From contig DASUTC010000210.1 of assembly GCA_036374795.1 (NCBI GenBank), positions 2,533 to 66,532 of the forward strand: a stretch of DNA of 64,000 nt, in the 5' to 3' direction. Source of the DNA: Herpetosiphonaceae bacterium. Lineage in GTDB: Bacteria > Chloroflexota > Chloroflexia > Chloroflexales > Kallotenuaceae. The translations under genes were made by a program, and so were the position numbers. Shown here one piece after another: positions 42,696 to 52,372 of the stretch. Numbering within the stretch: position 1 is the first letter of the stretch; every line of letters starts with the position of its first letter. The notes under the pieces are model-generated. The model did not search any database. It was given only the letters and a program-made list of their open reading frames with translations, and was not told where the DNA came from.

Positions 42696-43763
42696 CTACT
42701 TCCGCTTCGAGAAGAGATACAGCACGAAGCCGAAGATCACGATGCTCCAGTAGTTGATCACCCGGTCGAGCACCGCGACCGCGCTGGCAATCGCTATCGG
42801 CACGCCAAACAGCGGCGAGCTGAGCACGCCGATGATCCCGCCTTCGACCAATCCCAGGCCGCCCGGCGTCGCGGGCACGGTCGTCAGCAGCGAGCCCATC
42901 AGCGCCACGAAGATCACCGACAGCAGATTGAGGTGCAGCCCGCCCATCGCCTCGATCACCAGAAAGAGCCGCAGCGACTCGCCCATCCACACCAGCGAGG
43001 TCAGAAAGAAGAGCAGCGGCAGGCTGCGTGCTTTGAGCGAGCCGAGCGTGCCCGCCTCGAACGAGCCGTAGACGCGCTCCAATCGCGACGGGATGATCCG
43101 CCGGATCAGCGGGCTGAGAAAGCGCATCGCCGCCAGCCCGGTGACGATCACGATCACCAGGAACAGGCCGAAGATGAAGACATACCGCGCGCTCGACGGC
43201 AGCCGCGTGCCGAAGACGCTCCAGCCCGACGCGACCAGCAGCGCGAAGAGCACGATCATGTCGAGCAGCCGCTCCGCGAAGATCGTGCCGAACGAGCGCG
43301 AGAACGAGACATCTCCGTTGTGCTTGAGCAGGTAGCCGCGATAGGCGTCGCCCAGCTTGGCGGGCACCACGCAGTTGGCAAACCACGACAGCCCGATATA
43401 CTCCGTCAGCGCTGGCAGCGAGGCCCACGAGTGGCGGCCCTCGTCGACCGGAAAGTTGGCGTTGCGTAGCAGGATGCGCCAGCGCAGCGCGCGGATCGGA
43501 AACGTCAGATAGAACGTCGCGAAGGCCAACAGGTAGAGCGCCGGATTGACCTTGCGCATCTGCTGCCATGTCTCCGCCAGGTTAATATCGAATCCACGGA
43601 AAACGAAGATAATGATCGCGACCGCAATCGCGATGCTGATCAGCGAGCGCGGATTGAGCATCCGCTCTTTGAGCGAAAAACCACGCTCGGCAACCTCGTC
43701 GGTCGGCTCCTCCGGCACGACCGGCTCTTCGTTTTCACCTGTGTACACTTTCGATGTGCTCAT
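42696..43763 (-). CDS. Flippase-like / lysyl-PG-synthase TM-domain (UPF0104) membrane protein
   Basis: Polytopic, with ATPGGLGLVEGG near the C-terminus. Confidence 0.7.
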   Translation of the reverse strand: MSTSKVYTGENEEPVVPEEPTDEVAERGFSLKERMLNPRSLISIAIAVAIIIFVFRGFDINLAETWQQMRKVNPALYLLAFATFYLTFPIRALRWRILLRNANFPVDEGRHSWASLPALTEYIGLSWFANCVVPAKLGDAYRGYLLKHNGDVSFSRSFGTIFAERLLDMIVLFALLVASGWSVFGTRLPSSARYVFIFGLFLVIVIVTGLAAMRFLSPLIRRIIPSRLERVYGSFEAGTLGSLKARSLPLLFFLTSLVWMGESLRLFLVIEAMGGLHLNLLSVIFVALMGSLLTTVPATPGGLGLVEGGIIGVLSSPLFGVPIAIASAVAVLDRVINYWSIVIFGFVLYLFSKRK

Positions 43764-43775
43764 CTACCCTCAACC

Positions 43776-43868
43776 AGAAGAACAAACAACCAAACGAAAG
43801 AATAAAGAACAAAGAACAAAGAACAGGAAACTCGGAACTTGAAACTTTGAAACTTTGAACTCGAACTC
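43776..43868. repeat. Heptad-repeat array (no core)
   Basis: AGAAGAACAAACAACCAAACGAAAGAATAAAGAACAAAGAACAAAGAACAGGAAACTCGGAACTTGAAACTTTGAAACTTTGAACTCGAACTCC. Confidence 0.8.
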
Positions 43869-43898
43869 CCCAACAGCGCTCCTTAGCTTCTGCACGAG

Positions 43899-45392
43899 CT
43901 ATGTCGCGCGCTCTGTATCGTCCGCCCACCGCTGCGCGATGATCGCGAGCGCCCACACGCCGCTCAGTTGGATACCCATGTTGAGCACATGCAGGTTTTC
44001 AAAGACGTTATGACCAGCAACGGCGGCTATGATACCACAAACGCCGACCGCGGCGGCTCCCCAGGCGGTGCCAGGCAGCCGCCAGCGCGCCCGCAGCGCC
44101 TCGCGCGTCATCGCGCCGATCAGCAGCAGGTAGCTCAGCAGCCCGAAGATCCCGCTCTCGGCCAGCGTGTGGATGTAGTAGTTGTGCGCGTGGCCTTGCG
44201 AGATCGACCAGGGCGCGACGAAGAAGTCAGGGTAGGCGACGTTGTAGTTGCCCACGCCGACGCCGAAGAGCGGATAGGCTCGATACATGCGCCAGCCTGC
44301 CTGCCAGTGCGCCATGCGCTCGACGATCGCGAAGTTTTCGGGCGTGACGCTGACCTGGCCCGCGTCGAAGATCCGCAGGTTGTTCGTGATCGTTTGCAGC
44401 CGATCGGTGAGCGCGACCGGCAGCGCGCTGAACGCGCCCAGCAGCCCTACCAGCAGCCCGACGATCACCACCAGCCCGGCCATGCCAGCCGTGCGCCGTC
44501 CGGCTACCAGCGCCAGCACGCCCACGCCGACTATCGCGCCGATCCAGCCGCCGCGCGAGTACGACGCGAATAGACCGGCCAGCAGCAGGAACGCGAAACC
44601 GGCAAAGACCGGAACCAGGAACCAGGAGCCGAGAACCGAGAACCGAGAACTCGAAACCTGGAACGTGGAACCTGGAACGTGGAACTCGGATCGCCGCTTG
44701 CCGATAAAAAATCCCGCCAGCGCAACCGCCAGCGGCCAGCCCATGTTGAGGTAGCCTGCGAACGGGTTGGGCTTGCCGAAGGTGGCGTAGGCGCGGGCGA
44801 AGCGACCGCCCAGGATCAAAAAGCTGGCGGGCGCGGAGGCCGTGACGAACTGGTACAGCCCGATCAGCGCCGCGATCGTCGGCCCCAGCAGCAGCACGAT
44901 CAGCAGACCCCAGGCCCGTCGCCGGTCGGTGATGGTGCCGAGCGTCAGCACGAATGCCAGGAACGACGCCACCCAGCGCGCGAACTGGAGCACGCCATCG
45001 AGGCGCGAGTAGGGCGTGAACGCGATCGAGGCGAGCTGCACGCCCAGGAAGATCAGCCACGGCGCGAGCAGCCGCAGGCCAAGCCGCCGCTCAGGATGCG
45101 CCAGCACCCGCAGCATCCACGTGCTGAAGGCCAGCAGCACCACCGCCTGCGTGACTGTCAGCCCCGCCGGAAGATGCACTACCTCCTGCACCGGAACCGA
45201 GAGGATCGCGGCGTACAGGCCAAACGCAGGCTCGACGATCGTCAGCGTCACCACGAGCAGCCCGCCGACGAGCGCCGCCGCGATCCACAGCGGCAGCACC
45301 GCCAGCGCGACGACCAGCAGCGCGATCGGGATCGTCAGCAGGAGCGATCTGGACCAGCCATGCCCTACTCGTGAGCCGCTGAGCGTCGTCAT
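43899..45392 (-). CDS. O-antigen ligase / Wzy-like polymerase family membrane protein
   Basis: At least 10 TM segments. YSRGGWIG and HAHNYYIHTLAESGIFG are Wzy_C-type motifs. It contains an in-frame heptad-repeat insert. Confidence 0.7.
   Translation of the reverse strand: MTTLSGSRVGHGWSRSLLLTIPIALLVVALAVLPLWIAAALVGGLLVVTLTIVEPAFGLYAAILSVPVQEVVHLPAGLTVTQAVVLLAFSTWMLRVLAHPERRLGLRLLAPWLIFLGVQLASIAFTPYSRLDGVLQFARWVASFLAFVLTLGTITDRRRAWGLLIVLLLGPTIAALIGLYQFVTASAPASFLILGGRFARAYATFGKPNPFAGYLNMGWPLAVALAGFFIGKRRSEFHVPGSTFQVSSSRFSVLGSWFLVPVFAGFAFLLLAGLFASYSRGGWIGAIVGVGVLALVAGRRTAGMAGLVVIVGLLVGLLGAFSALPVALTDRLQTITNNLRIFDAGQVSVTPENFAIVERMAHWQAGWRMYRAYPLFGVGVGNYNVAYPDFFVAPWSISQGHAHNYYIHTLAESGIFGLLSYLLLIGAMTREALRARWRLPGTAWGAAAVGVCGIIAAVAGHNVFENLHVLNMGIQLSGVWALAIIAQRWADDTERAT
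44611..44689. repeat. Heptad-repeat array embedded in the Wzy-like CDS
   Basis: GGAACCAGGAACCAGGAGCCGAGAACCGAGAACCGAGAACTCGAAACCTGGAACGTGGAACCTGGAACGTGGAACTCGG, translated on the minus strand as EFHVPGSTFQVSSSRFSVLGSWFLVP. Confidence 0.8.
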
Positions 45393-45398
45393 TCGCGC

Positions 45399-46385
45399 CT
45401 AACCATGCGCTTTCGCCTCGCCGGCAACGGCGGGCAACTGCCCCAGCTTGTGCAGCTCGTCGCGGAAGTACGGCACGGTCAGCCGAATGCCCTCGGCCAG
45501 TTCGACCTTCGGCTCCCAGTCGAGGATGCGGCGCGCCTTGGCGATGTCGGGCTGTCGCGTCTGCGGATCGTCCTGAATGCGCAGCTCCGGCTTGACGACG
45601 ATCCCGGCGGGATTGTCCGTGAGTCGATTGACCAGCTCGGCAAACTCGCGGATTGTGAACTCGTTCGGATTGCCAATGTTGACCGGCTCGGCCTCGTCCG
45701 ATTGCAGCAGGCGATAGATACCCTCGACCAGATCGCTGACGTACTGGAACGAGCGCGTCTGCTGGCCGTCGCCGTAGACCGTCAGCGGCTCCTGGCGGAG
45801 CGCCTGCTGGATAAAGTTGGGCACGACTCGTCCATCGTTGAGGCGCATGCGCGGCCCGTAGGTGTTGAAGATCCGCACGATGCGCGTTTCAAGGCCGTGG
45901 TAGCGGTGATAGGCCATCGTGATCGCCTCGGCAAAGCGCTTGGCCTCGTCGTACACGCCGCGCGGCCCCACGGGGTTGACGTTGCCCCAGTACGTCTCCG
46001 GCTGCGGGTGGACCAGCGGATCGCCATAGACCTCGGAGGTCGAGGCCAGCAGAAAGCGCGCGCCTTTCGCCATCGCCAGGCCCAGCGCGTTGTGCGTGCC
46101 GAGCGCGCCGACTTTGAGCGTCTGGATCGGCAGATCAAGGTAATCGATCGGGCTGGCGGGCGAGGCAAAGTGTAGGATCGCGTCGAGCGGCCCCGCCACG
46201 TAGATATAGTTGGACACATCGTGCTTGACGAAGCGGAAGCGCTCGTTGCCGTTCAGATGCGCGATGTTGTCGGTGCTGCCCGTCAGCAGATTATCCATTG
46301 CCAGCACCTCGTGGCCCTCGGCCAGGAAGCGCTCGCAGAGGTGCGAGCCGATGAAACCGGCTCCGCCTGTTATCAGAACACGCAT
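45399..46385 (-). CDS. UDP-glucuronate decarboxylase (UXS-type SDR)
   Basis: [12 protein letters not shown] and YDEAKR. Typical length and C-terminus for UXS. Confidence 0.85.
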   Translation of the reverse strand: MRVLITGGAGFIGSHLCERFLAEGHEVLAMDNLLTGSTDNIAHLNGNERFRFVKHDVSNYIYVAGPLDAILHFASPASPIDYLDLPIQTLKVGALGTHNALGLAMAKGARFLLASTSEVYGDPLVHPQPETYWGNVNPVGPRGVYDEAKRFAEAITMAYHRYHGLETRIVRIFNTYGPRMRLNDGRVVPNFIQQALRQEPLTVYGDGQQTRSFQYVSDLVEGIYRLLQSDEAEPVNIGNPNEFTIREFAELVNRLTDNPAGIVVKPELRIQDDPQTRQPDIAKARRILDWEPKVELAEGIRLTVPYFRDELHKLGQLPAVAGEAKAHG

Positions 46386-46540
46386 ACCAATCCTTTACGT
46401 GTAGTCGGGTGTATCAGCAAGAGAAACGCGCCGCCGCGCCATGAAGTTACGCTGAACGTTCCACCATCGTCGGGATCGGATCGTAGGGGCACAGCGTGCC
46501 GTGCCCTGGGGCGTATAGCATACGCCCCCTATACCCATCA

Positions 46541-48061
46541 TCAATATGCGCCGCGCCCTTTGATCACCGAGGGAATGGTCGCCAGCAGAATCCGCAGGTC
46601 CAGCCACACCGACCAGTGCTCGGCATAGTAGATGTCCAGCCTGACATACTCGTCGAAGCTGCTGTCGGAGCGTCCGGTCGCCTGCCACAGCCCGGTGACG
46701 CCCGGCGTGACTTCCAGGCGGCGCCGATGCCAGCTCTCGTACTGGAAGACCTCTTCGGGGATTGCCGGACGCGGCCCGACCAGGCTCATCTCGCCGCGCA
46801 GCACGTTCCAGAGATTCGGGATCTCGTCCAGGCTGTACTTACGCAGGATGCGACCGATCGGCGTGACGCGCGGATCGTTCTTCATCTTGAAGAGGGGCCC
46901 GTCGCCCTCGTTCTGATCCATCAGCTCGGCCTTCAGCTCGTCGGCGTTGACCACCATCGTGCGGAACTTGAGGAACTCAAAGGGCACGCCGTGCCGCCCG
47001 ATGCGCGTCTGCCGGTACACCACAGGGCCGCGCGAGGTCAGCTTGATCAGCAGCGCGACGATCAGCGCGATCGAGCCCCAGAGCGGCAGCGCGGCCAGCA
47101 CCAGCGCCACGTCGATCACCCGCTTGATCAGGTAGTTTGCGCCCTTGATCCGGTTTTCGCGCAGCCCGATCAGCGGCGTGCCACGTAGCTCCTGAATCGT
47201 CACGCGGTCGAAGGAAAGCTCGTAGAAATCGGGAACGACCTGGAAGTCGATGCCAAGCTGGGTACACATCTGCACCACGTTCGGCAGCGAGCGGTGCTGC
47301 CAGAAGGGCAGCGCGACGATGATATGGTCGATGTTGTGCTGCGCGACCTTGATCGGCAGCGATTCGAGCGGCCCCAGATGCGGCGCTGCCACTCTGTCGG
47401 TAAAGCGCGGCCTGGGCGCGTCCTCCTCAGGCGGATCGGCCACGTAGCCCACCAGCTCATAGCCTGTCGCCGAGGTATCGGCCAGACTAGCCATCACCTC
47501 GCGGCTCAGCCCGGTGCCGCCGACTACCAGCACGCGCTCCAGGTCGTGGCCGTGCTGCCAGCGCCAGCGCCGCACCGTCTGGATCATCAATCTTCCGAGC
47601 GCCAGCAGCATAAAGATGAACAGCGCGGCGTAGATAAAGATCAGCCGCGAGAAGAAGCTGAACGGATCGTACAGAAAGAGGAAGATGATCGTCAGCCCGG
47701 CGGCGGTCAGCACGCTGCTGGCGAGGGTACCAAGCTGGCTCAGCCAGGTAGTGTTGCGCGGCTGGTGGTAGCTGCCCTTCAGCCAGAGCAGGCACAGCGT
47801 CGTCGCCAGCATCGTCAGGCTGGTCAGCGTAAAGGCAGGCAGCGGCTTGAAGAAAAAGATCTCGCGGCCAAAGTCGATCCGCAGAATGTAGCGCACCCAG
47901 TAGGCCAGCATAAAGCCCGCGACGATCAGCATAAGATCGAGCGCGAACGTGGCGCTCGCCTCGATCCGCTGCCGTCGCGCCCGCCGCACATGCACCGGCA
48001 GGGCGGTCGAGCGCATGCCCGGTAGCTGGAGCTCGCTCACGCTCCCAGTTCCTCGCTCCAT
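46541..48061 (-). CDS. Polyprenyl-phosphate glycosyl-1-phosphate transferase (WbaP/WcaJ-like sugar transferase)
   Basis: N-terminal TM block, and a C-terminal PF02397-type domain (GPRPAIPEE...GVTGLWQ). ATG 48016 is an alternative start; the 48061 start overlaps obg by 25 nt. Confidence 0.8.
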   Translation of the reverse strand: MERGTGSVSELQLPGMRSTALPVHVRRARRQRIEASATFALDLMLIVAGFMLAYWVRYILRIDFGREIFFFKPLPAFTLTSLTMLATTLCLLWLKGSYHQPRNTTWLSQLGTLASSVLTAAGLTIIFLFLYDPFSFFSRLIFIYAALFIFMLLALGRLMIQTVRRWRWQHGHDLERVLVVGGTGLSREVMASLADTSATGYELVGYVADPPEEDAPRPRFTDRVAAPHLGPLESLPIKVAQHNIDHIIVALPFWQHRSLPNVVQMCTQLGIDFQVVPDFYELSFDRVTIQELRGTPLIGLRENRIKGANYLIKRVIDVALVLAALPLWGSIALIVALLIKLTSRGPVVYRQTRIGRHGVPFEFLKFRTMVVNADELKAELMDQNEGDGPLFKMKNDPRVTPIGRILRKYSLDEIPNLWNVLRGEMSLVGPRPAIPEEVFQYESWHRRRLEVTPGVTGLWQATGRSDSSFDEYVRLDIYYAEHWSVWLDLRILLATIPSVIKGRGAY

Positions 48062-49338
48062 TCCAGCTCCGCTTTTTCAATCAAGACGGTATCGCCCTCT
48101 TGAACGCCCGCTTCGCGCAGCGCCTCGGCGATGCCGCTGGCCTCAAGCACCCGTTGCAGCCGATCGATCGATTCGGGCTGCGCGAAGTTGAGCATCGAAA
48201 CCAGCCGCTCGATCTTCTGCCCGCGCACGCGATAGCCGCCGCGCTCACGGGAAATCGTAAACTCGTCGGGATCGACTTCCGGCACCGGCCACTCCAGCAT
48301 CTCGTTCGAGCGCGGCAGCAGCGCCAGCGGGCTTGGCATCTCGCGCAGGTACTCGGCCACTCGCCGCAGCAGCGGTTGCACGCCCTCGCCGGTTGCCGCC
48401 GAGATGCCGAAAAGAGTGTCTTTCGCCACCGGCAGTGCCTTGCGCAGCCGCTCGTAGTGCTCCTGGCCTTCAGGCAGATCGAGCTTGTTCAGCGCCACCA
48501 CCTGCGGACGCTCGGCAAGCTGCGGCTGGTAGAGGCGCAGCTCCTCGTTGATCTGCGCGAAGTCGTCGAGCGGATCGCGGCCTTCGGTGCCAGCGGCGTC
48601 GACGACGTGGATCAGCAGCCGCGTGCGCTCGACATGCCGTAGAAAATCGTGGCCCAGGCCAATCCCGGCGTGCGCGCCCTCGATCAGCCCCGGAATGTCG
48701 GCTACCACAAAGGTCTGCGTGCCAATCTCGACCACGCCCAGGTTCGGCACCAGCGTGGTAAAAGGATACGCCGCGATCTTTGGCCGCGCCGCGCTGATCG
48801 CCGAGAGCAGCGTGGATTTTCCGGCGTTGGGATAGCCCACCAGCCCCACGTCGGCGATCAGCTTCAGCTCCAGCTCGATCTCGTACTCTTCGCCGGGCTG
48901 TCCCAGCTCGGCAATGCGCGGCGCTTGATTGGTGGATGTGGCGAAGTGGGTATTGCCCAGGCCGCCTTTGCCGCCGCGCGCCGCCCGCAGCCGCTGCCCC
49001 GGCGCGACCAGATCGATCTCGTACGGCTCGCCGTCGATCGTCGTCCGCGCGACCGTGCCCGGCGGTACGGTGATCACCAGATCTTTGCCGCTGCGCCCGG
49101 TCTTGCGACCGGAGCCGCCATTATGCCCCCGCTCGGCGACAAATTTTCGCTCGTACTGGAACTTGAGTAGCGTGTTGAGCTGCGGATCGACTTCGAGATA
49201 GACGCTGCCGCCGCGCCCGCCGTCGCCGCCGTTCGGCCCGCCGCGTGGCACAAATTTCTCGCGCCGAAAGGTCGCCAGGCCGTCTCCGCCATCCCCTGCC
49301 TTCACAAAAATTGTGGCCTGATCGATCATTTCTGCCAT
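48037..49338 (-). CDS. obg: GTPase Obg/CgtA
   Basis: Glycine-rich Obg fold ([18 protein letters not shown]), G-domain GYPNAGKST, and a C-terminal OCT domain. Confidence 0.93.
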   Translation of the reverse strand: MAEMIDQATIFVKAGDGGDGLATFRREKFVPRGGPNGGDGGRGGSVYLEVDPQLNTLLKFQYERKFVAERGHNGGSGRKTGRSGKDLVITVPPGTVARTTIDGEPYEIDLVAPGQRLRAARGGKGGLGNTHFATSTNQAPRIAELGQPGEEYEIELELKLIADVGLVGYPNAGKSTLLSAISAARPKIAAYPFTTLVPNLGVVEIGTQTFVVADIPGLIEGAHAGIGLGHDFLRHVERTRLLIHVVDAAGTEGRDPLDDFAQINEELRLYQPQLAERPQVVALNKLDLPEGQEHYERLRKALPVAKDTLFGISAATGEGVQPLLRRVAEYLREMPSPLALLPRSNEMLEWPVPEVDPDEFTISRERGGYRVRGQKIERLVSMLNFAQPESIDRLQRVLEASGIAEALREAGVQEGDTVLIEKAELEWSEELGA

Positions 49339-49451
49339 GCAACAACCCATACCCCGCAGCACACGCTGCGGGCTTCTCTGCTAATGTATCTTCATGACTC
49401 TGGAGGGCGCGACACTGCGCGCCCTCGGTCGGTAGCTCTGCCTGGTCGTCG

Positions 49452-49649
49452 TTAGACCCGCGTGGTGTCGCGCGGCTCGTCGCTGTGATCCGCAGCTTTC
49501 TTCGTCTCGTCGTCGCGGACGGCCTTGCGGAACTCGCGGATGCTGCCGCCCAGCGCGCCGCCGACGCCTGCCAGCTTCCCGGCACCAAAGACCGCTATAA
49601 CGATCACGAGAATAAGCAATAGCTCTGGCAAGCCTAATGAACCAAACAT
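49452..49649 (-). CDS. tatA: Twin-arginine translocase subunit TatA/E
   Basis: [26 protein letters not shown]. Confidence 0.85.
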   Translation of the reverse strand: MFGSLGLPELLLILVIVIAVFGAGKLAGVGGALGGSIREFRKAVRDDETKKAADHSDEPRDTTRV

Positions 49650-49719
49650 ATGCGTGCTCCTTGTGAGATCCAGCCTCACATCTGTCGCATTATACCATAG
49701 GCCCCTGCGCGCCTGCGTT

Positions 49720-49728
49720 TGCTACAAT
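49720..49728 (+). promoter_or_regulatory. Extended -10 element (TGCTACAAT)
   Basis: TGn + TACAAT immediately upstream of the heptad array and the DprA-like gene. I saw no good -35. Confidence 0.35.
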
Positions 49729-49733
49729 AGCGA

Positions 49734-49866
49734 GGAAGAACCAAGAACCAACGGAAAGCGTTGAAGTTGTTCCCGACCCCTGATCCCTGGACGTTGAACT
49801 TGCAACTCGAAACTTGGAACTTGGAACTTGCAACTCGAAACTTGGAACTCGAAACTTGGAACCAAA
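49734..49866. repeat. Heptad-repeat element (5' UTR of the DprA-like gene)
   Basis: GAAGAACCAAGAACCAACGG...TTGAACTTGCAACTCGAAACTTGGAACTTGGAACTTGCAACTCGAAACTTGGAACTCGAAACTTGGAACC. Confidence 0.8.
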
Positions 49867-49872
49867 ACAACT

Positions 49873-50751
49873 GTGAATGCCGAACATGTGCCCGATCCGA
49901 CCGCGCTCTGGCTCTGCCAACTGCCGGGAATGACCGCCGCCCTGCTGCGCGAGCTGCTGGCCGCCTTCGGCTCTGCCGACGCGGTGCTGCGCGCGTCCTC
50001 CAGCGCGCTGCGCAGGCTGGGCGTCGCGCCCGCGCTGGTGGCGCAGCTTGTCGCCGGGCCGCGCCAGATCCCGCATGTCGCGGCTGGTCTGAAGGGCTTG
50101 CAGCGTCTGGGCATCGTGCCGCTGCCGTTCGCCGCGCCGAGCTACCCTGAGCGACTCCAGCGCCTGTCGGAGCCGCCGCTGGTGGTCTACGTCCAGGGAC
50201 CGTGGCCGCTCGCGCAGCCGCTCGCGCTGATCGTTCAGCCCGACGAGATCGATCCGCGCGTCGCGACAGGCTGGGAGCAGATCTCGGCCACGCTTCGCGT
50301 ACACGCAGGCTTCGCCGCACTGGCGACCGCAGCCGCCGCTCAGACCAGGCCAGCGCTGCTTGGCGTCCACCACGGCCTGATGCTGGCGCGGCAGCGCTTG
50401 CCGCAGGATCTCTGGAAGCAGGTGACGGCGCGTAGCTGCACGCTGCTTTCGATCTGCCCGCCCACGGCGCAGCCCGATCCCGCGCTGGCCCACGCCACCT
50501 ATCGGGCGCTCGCGGCGCTATCGGATGCGCTCGTGGCGCTGCTGCCGCTGCCCGCAGAAGCCGACGATCTGCTCACCACGGCCCGCGCCGTGGGCCTGCC
50601 GATGTTTGGCCTGGGCGCGACCACTCGCACGCCGCTGCCGCCCGCCATGCGCCGCCTCCGCCCAGGCAAGAGCGGCGTCCGTGCCCTGTCGATCGCGCTG
50701 GGCGTTCATCCCGACGGCACCTCGACGATCCAGCAGGAGCGGCTCTTTTGA
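49873..50751 (+). CDS. DprA/Smf-like protein, divergent
   Basis: The N-terminal helical region and YPERLQRLSEPPLVVYVQG resemble DprA. The Rossmann-like part is degenerate. The start is uncertain (GTG 49873 or ATG 49930). Confidence 0.45.
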   Translation: MNAEHVPDPTALWLCQLPGMTAALLRELLAAFGSADAVLRASSSALRRLGVAPALVAQLVAGPRQIPHVAAGLKGLQRLGIVPLPFAAPSYPERLQRLSEPPLVVYVQGPWPLAQPLALIVQPDEIDPRVATGWEQISATLRVHAGFAALATAAAAQTRPALLGVHHGLMLARQRLPQDLWKQVTARSCTLLSICPPTAQPDPALAHATYRALAALSDALVALLPLPAEADDLLTTARAVGLPMFGLGATTRTPLPPAMRRLRPGKSGVRALSIALGVHPDGTSTIQQERLF

Positions 50752-50778
50752 GCCTGCCGAACATATCACGGTGAAACT

Positions 50779-50787
50779 TGCTATAAT
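50779..50787 (+). promoter_or_regulatory. Extended -10 element (TGCTATAAT)
   Basis: TGn + TATAAT, about 28 nt before ATG 50815. Confidence 0.4.
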
Positions 50788-50814
50788 CTGCGGAATTTCA
50801 GAAAAAGGTGGAGC

Positions 50815-51759
50815 ATGATCGTCGTCACAAGTGCAAATGGTATCGTCGGCATTCAGGAAGCGATCGGGATCTTACGCCGGGGCGGCAGCGCGCTCGATGC
50901 GGTCGAGGCGGCGACGCGGCTGGTGGAGGCCAATCCCGACGATCATACGGTCGGCTACGGCGGCTATCCCAATCTCGTGGGCGAGGTTGAGCTTGACGCC
51001 TCGATTATGGACGGGCGCACCCTGCACGCCGGGGCGGTCGGCGGGCTCAAAGGCTACCGGCATCCGATCTCCGTCGCGCGCAAGGTGATGGAAGAGCTGC
51101 CGCATGTGCTGCTGGTCGGCGAGGGCGCGGCGCGCTTTGCCGCCGAGATGGGCTTCGAGGCCGAGAATCTGCTGACCGAGGAGGCCGCCGAGGTGTATCG
51201 TCAGGGAATCAGCGGCGCGCTGCCAGAAGATAAGCGCGATTGGCTGACCGGCGGCATCGAGGGCAACCTGGCGCGTCTGGCGCGTATTACTGCCGACCCG
51301 GAGCACGCCGCGGGAACGGTCAACTTTATCGCCCAGGATAGCGCGGGCAATATCGCCTGCGCGGTCAGCACCAGCGGCTGGGCCTGGAAGTATCCCGGTC
51401 GGCTGGGCGACTCGCCGGTGATTGGCGCGGGCAACTACGCCGACAACCGGAGCGGCGCGTGTGCCTGCACCGGCTGGGGTGAGCTGGCGCTGCGCTGCGG
51501 CACGGCGCGCTCGGTTGTGCTGTACCAGCGGCTCGGCTTTGGCCTGGAGCAGGCCTGCCGTCAGGCGATGTACGATCTGGCCTCTGCTACCGACGATCCC
51601 GCTCATGCGATCATGAGCCTGGTCGCGATCAACCATGATGGACGCCCCATTGGCATGACCACGGTGCCGGGCCGCACGTATGTCTGGATGACGCCGGAGA
51701 TGGACGAGCCAGTCGAGGAGCCGCGTGTGGTGGTCGATCTAACGGAGGCCCACCGCTAG
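50815..51759 (+). CDS. Ntn-hydrolase: isoaspartyl peptidase / glycosylasparaginase family
   Basis: The autoproteolytic Thr is in HAAGTVNFIAQD. Also GRLGDSPVIGAG. Confidence 0.85.
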   Translation: MIVVTSANGIVGIQEAIGILRRGGSALDAVEAATRLVEANPDDHTVGYGGYPNLVGEVELDASIMDGRTLHAGAVGGLKGYRHPISVARKVMEELPHVLLVGEGAARFAAEMGFEAENLLTEEAAEVYRQGISGALPEDKRDWLTGGIEGNLARLARITADPEHAAGTVNFIAQDSAGNIACAVSTSGWAWKYPGRLGDSPVIGAGNYADNRSGACACTGWGELALRCGTARSVVLYQRLGFGLEQACRQAMYDLASATDDPAHAIMSLVAINHDGRPIGMTTVPGRTYVWMTPEMDEPVEEPRVVVDLTEAHR

Positions 51760-51777
51760 CTCGAGGGGACGCTCGTC

Positions 51778-51833
51778 CCAAGTTCCAAGTTCAAAGTTCG
51801 ACGAACACGCAACTTGAAACTTGAAACTTGAAA
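51778..51833. repeat. Inverted heptad arrays upstream of def
   Basis: CCAAGTTCCAAGTTCAAAGTTCG-acgaacacg-CAACTTGAAACTTGAAACTTGAAAG. Confidence 0.75.
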
Positions 51834-51850
51834 GTAAGCGATGAGGACGT

Positions 51851-52372
51851 ATGACAGTCCGATCCATGCTTCAGCTCGGTAATCCACTGCTGCGCCAGCC
51901 CGCGCAGCCCGTCGACGATGTGCAGAGCGAAGCTACTCAGTCGCTCATCGCCGATCTGTGGGATACCCTGTACGATTTTCGCGGCCAGCACGGCTGGGGC
52001 CATGCGCTCGCCGCGCCGGTGATCGGCGTTCCGCTGCGGGTGATCGTGGTAGACTGGGAGGGTGATCGCTTTGTGCTGATCAATCCGCGCTTCGAGCGCT
52101 GGAGCCGCGAGCAGGAGGTCGCCTACGAGTCGTGTGTCACCTTCAGCTCGATCTGGGGCGCGGTCTGCCGCCCGACGCGGGTTGTCGTCACGGCGCTGGA
52201 CGAGCACGGGCAGGAGCAGCGCTACGATGCCGTGGGTCCGCTTGCCCGGCTGCTGCAACACGAGCTGGATCATCTGGATGGCTTTGTCTGGCTGGATCGC
52301 GAGCCTGATCTGTTGAGCATCTGTACCACCGACGAGTATCGGCGGCAGCGCCAGTTGCCCGATCAGCCCTGA
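51851..52372 (+). CDS. def: Peptide deformylase (divergent motifs)
   Basis: HELDHLDG is motif 3. Motif 2 reads ESCVT rather than EGCLS, and motif 1 reads GHALAAPV. Confidence 0.75.
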   Translation: MTVRSMLQLGNPLLRQPAQPVDDVQSEATQSLIADLWDTLYDFRGQHGWGHALAAPVIGVPLRVIVVDWEGDRFVLINPRFERWSREQEVAYESCVTFSSIWGAVCRPTRVVVTALDEHGQEQRYDAVGPLARLLQHELDHLDGFVWLDREPDLLSICTTDEYRRQRQLPDQP

